DNA of 64,000 nucleotides from a virus (Duplodnaviria; Heunggongvirae; Uroviricota; Caudoviricetes): IMG/VR virus record IMGVR_UViG_2861069343_000001; one strand, 5' to 3'. Shown piece by piece: positions 57,667 to 64,000 of this stretch (position 1 is its first letter; each line of letters starts with the position of its first letter). The notes under the pieces were generated by a model. It saw only the letters and a program-made list of their open reading frames with translations, ran no database searches and was not told where the DNA came from. The position numbers and the translations under genes were made by a program.

Positions 57667-58278
57667 TCAAAGAGAAAAGCTAAAGCCCAGAAGGGAAGCC
57701 AAAGAACTTGAGGATTGGTTAAACGTGCTGTGCAATGCGAAGGTCATTGGGAATGACTTAAATTCAGTAACCTGATCTCGCGCATAGGTGACATCGCCGG
57801 TAGTGACCGGGAATACCGTCATCTCATTTTCCAGTTTGGTTAAACCGGAGGACAGCAACCGATAAATACGCACATTGAGCAAATATTTAGACGGTATATT
57901 CCCGGTACCGTCCGGATTGATCACCCGACTTTTTGCCGTCTTAAACCAGTCCAAAACGAGGCCATCAACGGTATCCCTGACCATCATTGTTATCTGCCCA
58001 GGCGAACGCTCCGTTGGCTGAAGGATATTCCCTCCGCCGATTTTAATCGTTTCATATTCGATGCTGTAATCGTGGTAGGTAATGTCTTTAGCAAAGAAGT
58101 CTGCCCCCTCCAGACCATCAACTTCGACAGAGAACTGCCATCCTTGCGCGAACAGCATTTTGTTCATGATGATTGACGTCAGCTTACCAACTTCCCGCTC
58201 ACCAACGCCGGAGCCAAATAATGTCGTCGTTAATGCCGAAGATACATAAGACTTTACTGAAGCAACATTAAGCCCCAT
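57667..58278 (-). CDS. tail tube protein (P1 tub position)
   Basis: 203-aa ORF between sit and sheath-side genes. Confidence 0.45.
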   Translation of the reverse strand: MGLNVASVKSYVSSALTTTLFGSGVGEREVGKLTSIIMNKMLFAQGWQFSVEVDGLEGADFFAKDITYHDYSIEYETIKIGGGNILQPTERSPGQITMMVRDTVDGLVLDWFKTAKSRVINPDGTGNIPSKYLLNVRIYRLLSSGLTKLENEMTVFPVTTGDVTYARDQVTEFKSFPMTFALHSTFNQSSSSLASLLGFSFSL

Positions 58279-58288
58279 ATCAGCTCCC

Positions 58289-58879
<591 letters not shown>

Positions 58880-58935
58880 TTAACAGATTCTACGAGTTGT
58901 CATTTGTGACAGTATGCTCGCAATCGTAGTGATTA

Positions 58936-59475
58936 CTACCACCAACTGCTAGCTTTCTTCTCTCTAGCTTTTCCTTCGCTTTGCAGTAAATCTTTACTTC
59001 CTGTAGAAATATTTCTATTTGCATCAGCCTCAGACTGAATTACATCTGTCTTAGCTGCTCTCTCCTTCAACTCCTGCTCTATAAAATCGTTTTCTCGCTG
59101 GACACGAGCCGCTTTTGCTTGCAGTTCGAGTTTCATGCTTTCGAGTTGCAGCTTGCGAAGCTCATCCTCATAAGCTTGATCTCGCTTCTTGTCATTTGCT
59201 AGCTCGGCTTCTCGTTTCGCTCTACGTTCATTTTCTGCAGCAACACGCTGTTTTTCGCGTGCAGCAGCGGCAGATGCTGCTTTTTCTCTTCTAATACGTT
59301 CAGCTTGTGCTTGTTGGCGAATAAGTTCTTTTCTGGCATCCTCAGCTTGCTGCTCTTTAGCTCGCCCTTCATTTTCCGCTTGAGCAATAGCAGCAATTTG
59401 ACTTTGCAACGAGTTAGCCAAGGCAGTGCCTACACTAAACGTAGAAAAGATTAGAAATAAAATAATTTTATTCAT
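58936..59475 (-). CDS. secreted coiled-coil protein (sim-like locus)
   Basis: 179 aa; signal peptide then EKR-rich coiled coil. Confidence 0.5.
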   Translation of the reverse strand: MNKIILFLIFSTFSVGTALANSLQSQIAAIAQAENEGRAKEQQAEDARKELIRQQAQAERIRREKAASAAAAREKQRVAAENERRAKREAELANDKKRDQAYEDELRKLQLESMKLELQAKAARVQRENDFIEQELKERAAKTDVIQSEADANRNISTGSKDLLQSEGKAREKKASSWW

Positions 59476-59478
59476 AAA

Positions 59479-60000
59479 TTATTTCTTTTCTGGACAAGTA
59501 GCATTTGGCTGAATTCGAGTTTCATTATCTTTAGTTGAAATAAGCACAGCAAGCCCCGTTGTAAACTGGCATGCTTTACCAACTTGAGTTGAAGTGAACA
59601 CCTTAGTTCCTTCTTTATAAGTCAGTGAAACACCTTCAACAATTGTTTTATCACTAACCAAAGAACCAGCCGCTGCACCAAGAGCCGCACCACCAGTACC
59701 GCCAGCTACAGCACCCAGTGTCGATGTGCCTTTAACATTATAACCGGCAACGCCCCCAGCAACAGCTCCCAGTACCGCACCAAATGTCTGTGCCGCTTCT
59801 TTATTAGCTTTATTATCAACTTTCACTTTAGCTGGAAGCACAGAGATAATATTGACTGTCTTTGTTTCCTGCTTCGAATTCAATTGAGCGGTATCATAAA
59901 CATCGGCAGCATAATCAGCACCGCTAGATTGACACCCAGAAAGAAGAATTGCAGATACAACAAGAGCGCATAAAGTATACTTTTTAGACATAAGAATCAT
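59479..60000 (-). CDS. lipoprotein with glycine-zipper (SlyB-like)
   Basis: 173 aa; lipobox LLSGC; GAVLGAVAGGVAG...GAVAGGTGGAALGAAAG. Confidence 0.55.
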   Translation of the reverse strand: MILMSKKYTLCALVVSAILLSGCQSSGADYAADVYDTAQLNSKQETKTVNIISVLPAKVKVDNKANKEAAQTFGAVLGAVAGGVAGYNVKGTSTLGAVAGGTGGAALGAAAGSLVSDKTIVEGVSLTYKEGTKVFTSTQVGKACQFTTGLAVLISTKDNETRIQPNATCPEKK

Positions 60001-60281
60001 CCCAGAAAAACAAAAACCGGCGAGAAGTTACCACGAGAACGAAAAGTAAACAAGAATACTCCCATTGACTTATATCAATTAATCAACTTTTTATAAGCTA
60101 TCCCTAACTTATTGTGTATAGCTGAAAAGTCAGAGACAAGTTCACCATCTGCATTATTTCTTAAGTTAATAGTTTATTGCTAACTTAATTTATGTATCGA
60201 CTATTGATATCCATCTTAAAGTTACAATATCCCTCTGCATTATTTTTCATCACAAATAATATATCTATTGCACGACACTAA

Positions 60282-60298
60282 TCTGCTCTAATAAATTT
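60282..60298 (+). promoter_or_regulatory. C1 operator-like site upstream of c4 promoter
   Basis: TCTGCTCTAATAAATTT, 15/17. Confidence 0.5.
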
Positions 60299-60336
60299 GT
60301 ATTTTTAAGTCGCGAATGCTATCTTTTCGCATCATA

Positions 60337-60365
60337 TTGACCTTTTAATCGTTCAGGCTTATAGT
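60337..60365 (+). promoter_or_regulatory. sigma70-like promoter for c4-icd-ant operon
   Basis: TTGACC - 17 bp - TATAGT. Confidence 0.5.
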
Positions 60366-60479
60366 TCCGCCGTCGTAGCAAATTCTGCGACCGGGTTTAG
60401 CAGCCTGAATACTTACGCGGACAACCGCAGATTTCCGATATTGCGGTATTTTTGTGTCCGTAAACCACGTTACGCCCGA

Positions 60480-60560
60480 ATTATGGTGGGGCGTGATGGG
60501 GAGGCTTCGGCCTGCTGGTTTCGTAAGTGCCAGTCTGCTAACCCCGTCACGTCCTGCCAC
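60480..60560 (+). ncRNA. c4: c4 antisense immunity RNA (approximate bounds)
   Basis: CGTAAGT and CTGCTAAC are antiparallel-complementary to GTTTAGCAG...ACTTACG upstream (60395-60417) and in the icd leader (60564-60596). Confidence 0.45.
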
Positions 60561-60610
60561 CTGTTTAGCAGCGGGTCGCAGGTTGTTTATCAACTTACGA
60601 GGCCGTAACT

Positions 60611-60832
60611 ATGGTTAATGCCAATCCTTGCGCACGCCAAGAATTCATCTGGCGTTTCTATTCCTGTAAAAAACACCACTATCACTTCGTTATCGCAGCA
60701 ACAGAAGACGAAGCACGCTCTCAATTGCCTGATGGCCCCTGCATTTTTACTGCCCGTTTTTCAACTAACTCGCGCAATTCACTTAGTTACTGGAGCCTCC
60801 CCTTCTCTGCCGACGTTCAGGGGGGTTTATGA
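60611..60832 (+). CDS. icd: Icd (interference with cell division)
   Basis: 73-aa ORF whose stop overlaps ant start. Confidence 0.6.
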   Translation: MVNANPCARQEFIWRFYSCKKHHYHFVIAATEDEARSQLPDGPCIFTARFSTNSRNSLSYWSLPFSADVQGGL

Positions 60833-61863
60833 AAACACCTCTCGTCACCCGTAATGAAATAGTCGAAGCGATCGCCTTGCATACTGCCTGTATGCCGACA
60901 CGGGAGATCCCCGGCGCAATTGCTAACTATTTCATGATAACCAGACGTTTTTATACCCGAACAGATAAGGCTGTGATCAACAGGCTACTGATAGCCGAGA
61001 TCAGGGATTATTTGATTGAACAAGGACGTCTACGTTACGCAACAGTGGCAGCAGAAATGAGAAAGGAGGCACATAGAATGACCGGTAATAATTTAAATGT
61101 TGAAAAACCAGCACCTGTTGCTTCAGCTACGCCAGCACCAGCCCTGAATGTCATCCCAAACACCGGAGACACAATCGACAGCCAAACATTGTTGAAGATG
61201 GTCAATGAGGCACGGAAATTATGTAGCGAAAAACCAGTTCGCAACAATGATTTCATTGCCAGAGTTAAGGATGAGCTTGAAGGAGAAACCTACGAAATTT
61301 TCGTAGGTCAAAAAAACGGCGCAGAAATAGATATTATAACCATGACCTACAAACAAGCCCTGCGAGTTGCCGCGCGCGAGTCAAAAGCGGTCCGCCGTTC
61401 GCTGATCGACAAACTGGAAGAGTTACAGCAGGCAAACTCCCCTACCCCATCGATCCCCCAGACATTACCAGAAGCCCTACGCCTGGCTGCCGAGTTAGCA
61501 GAACAGAAAATGCAGTTGGAACAACAGCTGGTGGCCGCAGCCCCTAAAGTCGATTTTGCCGACCGGGTATCAGTGGCCAATGGAATCCTGATCGGGAACT
61601 TTGCAAAGGTCGTTGGACTTAAGCAAAACGCCCTTTTCTCATGGTTGCGCCAGAACGGCATTCTCATGGCTTTTGGAGCGCGCAAAAACGTACCGCGCCA
61701 ACAGTACATCAACGCCGGGTATTTCACGGTGAAAGAAGTGGTGCTGGATGATGAAAATGGCTACCAGATACGGCTGACGCCCCAATTAACGGGTAAAGGC
61801 CAGCAGTGGTTAACTCGCAAGCTACTTGATGCTGGTTTGTTAAAACCAGTAGCAATAGGTTAA
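60829..61863 (+). CDS. ant1: antirepressor Ant (KilAC-domain C-terminus)
   Basis: 344 aa; C-terminal LPEALRLAAELAEQK...GKGQQWL shared with kilA. Confidence 0.7.
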   Translation: MKTPLVTRNEIVEAIALHTACMPTREIPGAIANYFMITRRFYTRTDKAVINRLLIAEIRDYLIEQGRLRYATVAAEMRKEAHRMTGNNLNVEKPAPVASATPAPALNVIPNTGDTIDSQTLLKMVNEARKLCSEKPVRNNDFIARVKDELEGETYEIFVGQKNGAEIDIITMTYKQALRVAARESKAVRRSLIDKLEELQQANSPTPSIPQTLPEALRLAAELAEQKMQLEQQLVAAAPKVDFADRVSVANGILIGNFAKVVGLKQNALFSWLRQNGILMAFGARKNVPRQQYINAGYFTVKEVVLDDENGYQIRLTPQLTGKGQQWLTRKLLDAGLLKPVAIG

Positions 61864-61869
61864 CAAAAG

Positions 61870-61901
61870 AAAAAACCTGCCAGCTAACTGGCAGGTTTCT
61901 G
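61870..61901 (+). terminator. rho-independent terminator after ant
   Basis: AACCTGCCAG-CTAA-CTGGCAGGTT plus TCT. Confidence 0.6.
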
Positions 61902-61943
61902 AGCAGATCGTCCAACCCGATCTGGATCGAGTCAGAAAAATTT

Positions 61944-61960
61944 GCTCTAATAAATTTCGT
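61944..61960 (+). promoter_or_regulatory. C1 operator upstream of kilA-repL
   Basis: TTTGCTCTAATAAATTT, 16/17. Confidence 0.6.
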
Positions 61961-62026
61961 TTTCTAAGTGCAAAGAATCACCATTTCGAGCTGGTGATTG
62001 AAGGTTGATGCAAATTTGGAGAAAAA

Positions 62027-62827
62027 ATGCAACAAACATTCAATGCGGATATGAATATATCAAACCTTCATCAAAATGTCGATCCTTCAACCACTCTGCC
62101 TGTTATTTGTGGTGTTGAAATTACGACCGACTGCGCTGGCCGTTACAACCTTAATGCTCTACACAGAGCGAGCGGACTCGGTGCCCATAAAGCGCCAGCT
62201 CAATGGCTAAGAACGCTGTCAGCCAAACAGCTCATCGAAGAGCTTGAAAAAGAAACTATGCAGAATTGCATAGTTTCGTTCGAAGGCCGTGGCGGCGGCA
62301 CTTTTGCCCATGAATTGCTCGCTGTGGAGTACGCAGGCTGGATTTCTCCCGCATTTCGGCTGAAGGTAAACCAGACATTTATCGACTATCGAGCCGGAAG
62401 ATTACAACCAGCTATTCCGCAGAGTCTCCCTGAAGCTCTCCGTTTGGCTGCCGACCTGGCAGAGCAAAAGCAACGGCTGGAGCAAAAAATGCTTATGGAT
62501 GCACCTAAAGTCGAATTCGCCGAACGCGTTGCTACCGCTAGCGGGGTTCTAATCGGCAACTATGCCAAAGTGCTCGGCCTGGGCCAAAACTATCTCTTCA
62601 CCTGGTTGCGTGATAACGGAATTCTGATCGCAACCGGTGAACGCAGGAACGTCCCCAAACAAGAATACATATCCCGTGGGTATTTCACCCTTAAAGAAAC
62701 CGTGATCGATACAAGCAATGGAAGCAGGATTTCTTTCACGACTCGTATAACCGGCAAAGGTCAGCAGTGGCTGATGAAGCGATTGCTTGATGCTGGTGTG
62801 CTGGTACCTGTCGCGGCAACGCGCTAA
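62027..62827 (+). CDS. kilA: KilA (KilA-N + KilAC domains)
   Basis: 266 aa; N-terminal KilA-N-like region and C-terminal KilAC region. Confidence 0.75.
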   Translation: MQQTFNADMNISNLHQNVDPSTTLPVICGVEITTDCAGRYNLNALHRASGLGAHKAPAQWLRTLSAKQLIEELEKETMQNCIVSFEGRGGGTFAHELLAVEYAGWISPAFRLKVNQTFIDYRAGRLQPAIPQSLPEALRLAADLAEQKQRLEQKMLMDAPKVEFAERVATASGVLIGNYAKVLGLGQNYLFTWLRDNGILIATGERRNVPKQEYISRGYFTLKETVIDTSNGSRISFTTRITGKGQQWLMKRLLDAGVLVPVAATR

Positions 62828-62856
62828 CAGACGTAGTAAGAACCACCAGCATTGTA

Positions 62857-63702
62857 ATGCTGGCTAAAGTCACTTTCCTGAGCTGTATAACGATGAGCGA
62901 TTTTACTTTTTCTGGCTATGAATTGGCCTGCTTTGTAACACACTCCGGTCTATCCCGTAGCGCCGGGCATATCCTGTCGCAATGTGCAAATCTAGCGGCA
63001 ACAACCAGTGAATACTTCATTCACAAGCCTCACCGCCTGATCGCGGCAGAAACTGGTTATAGCCAATCAACCGTCGTTCGTGCATTCCGTGAAGCTGTAA
63101 ACAAAGGAATTCTGTCTGTAGAGATTGTTATCGGCGATCACCATGAACGTCGCGCTAACCTGTACCGGTTTACACCATCCTTTTTGGCCTTCGCACAACA
63201 AGCCAAAAATGCGCTGATTGAAAGCAAATTAAAGATCTCTTCAGCGGCAACCAAGGTTAAAGCTGTTCTCGCTAAGACATTGGCTTTATTTAATTTTTTA
63301 TCCACACCCCCATGTCAAAATGATACCCCCTCCCCCTGTCAGGATGACGTGGCAATAAAGAATAAGAAGTCACAAATTAAAAAAACAAAAAGATCAGTTT
63401 CCGGCGGTGCCGGAACGACCAGGCTCAAAAATTTGACTTCCTGGATCGCTGAGGCAAAAGCAAAGGCAGACAATCTGCGGTTATCCAAAAAACGCGCTCA
63501 AAAACATGAGTTCAAGCAGAAAGTAGAGGCGGCTTCGCGGAAATATGCTTTCCTGAAGAACAAGCGTTCTCCTGATATTGGCGGGATATCAAACTTCGAT
63601 AATCTGCCGCATTGCATGACGGTAAACGAAGCTCTTAATGCGGTTTTAGCCAAAAATAAAGATAACGAACAATGGGGTATACCGGCAGGATTCAGAGGGT
63701 AA
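62857..63702 (+). CDS. repL: lytic replication initiator RepL
   Basis: 281-aa ORF directly downstream of kilA. Confidence 0.7.
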   Translation: MLAKVTFLSCITMSDFTFSGYELACFVTHSGLSRSAGHILSQCANLAATTSEYFIHKPHRLIAAETGYSQSTVVRAFREAVNKGILSVEIVIGDHHERRANLYRFTPSFLAFAQQAKNALIESKLKISSAATKVKAVLAKTLALFNFLSTPPCQNDTPSPCQDDVAIKNKKSQIKKTKRSVSGGAGTTRLKNLTSWIAEAKAKADNLRLSKKRAQKHEFKQKVEAASRKYAFLKNKRSPDIGGISNFDNLPHCMTVNEALNAVLAKNKDNEQWGIPAGFRG

Positions 63703-63705
63703 TGA

Positions 63706-63722
63706 ATTGCTCTAATTATAAC
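63706..63722 (+). promoter_or_regulatory. C1 operator-like site
   Basis: ATTGCTCTAATTATAAC. Confidence 0.45.
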
Positions 63723-63870
63723 CATGCATACTTTCAACACCTCTAGTTTGCCATGAGGCAAACTCATAGGTGTCCTGGTAAGAGGACATAGTTGTCAAAT
63801 CTGGACGTCCCTTTATTGCAATTAATAAACAACTAACGGACAATTCTACCTAACAATAAGTGGAGTTAAC

Positions 63871-64000
63871 ATGTTGAACCGAAGAACATTTAATGTATTC
63901 TGCGATGAATCCTGTCACCTACTAAATGATCATAATAAAGTCATGGTATTGGGTGCACTTTGGTGTCCTGGCTCTATCACAAAAAAAATTGCTAGAGACA
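63871..64000 (+). CDS. 5' end of next gene (truncated by window)
   Basis: ATG at 63871, open to window end. Confidence 0.3.
   Translation, partial: MLNRRTFNVFCDESCHLLNDHNKVMVLGALWCPGSITKKIARD

Overview
This window is about 64 kb of a P1-like temperate phage or phage-plasmid genome from an enterobacterial host. All calls rest on reading the translated ORFs and DNA motifs by eye; no database search was run. Landmarks recognised directly: ban (DnaB-like helicase), humD with an SOS box, phd-doc, lpa, pacA (with the 4+3 TGATCA/G pac site) and pacB, c1 and coi, loxP, cre, ref, lxc, darB (2255 aa), lyz, ssb, sit, the c4/icd/ant immunity region, and kilA-repL. About 14 matches to the 17-bp C1 operator sit in front of these operons. 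Accessory content: an O-antigen acyltransferase gene split by an intact IS2 with a GTTTC target duplication, a degenerate IS1-family element and an IS3-family transposase fragment. The strongest candidate for an undescribed system is an AT-rich two-gene operon (29541-31090) at the position where P1 carries its EcoP1I res-mod type III restriction system, between ref/mat and lxc-darB. Its second protein looks like a nucleoside 2-deoxyribosyltransferase/TIR-like N-glycosidase fold; the first has no family I can recognise. Relative to P1 as I recall it, the lysis (lyd), cin/C-segment, U, hdf and darA genes appear to be missing between the tail-fibre gene and the ddr-like genes. No tRNA genes or CRISPR arrays were seen.
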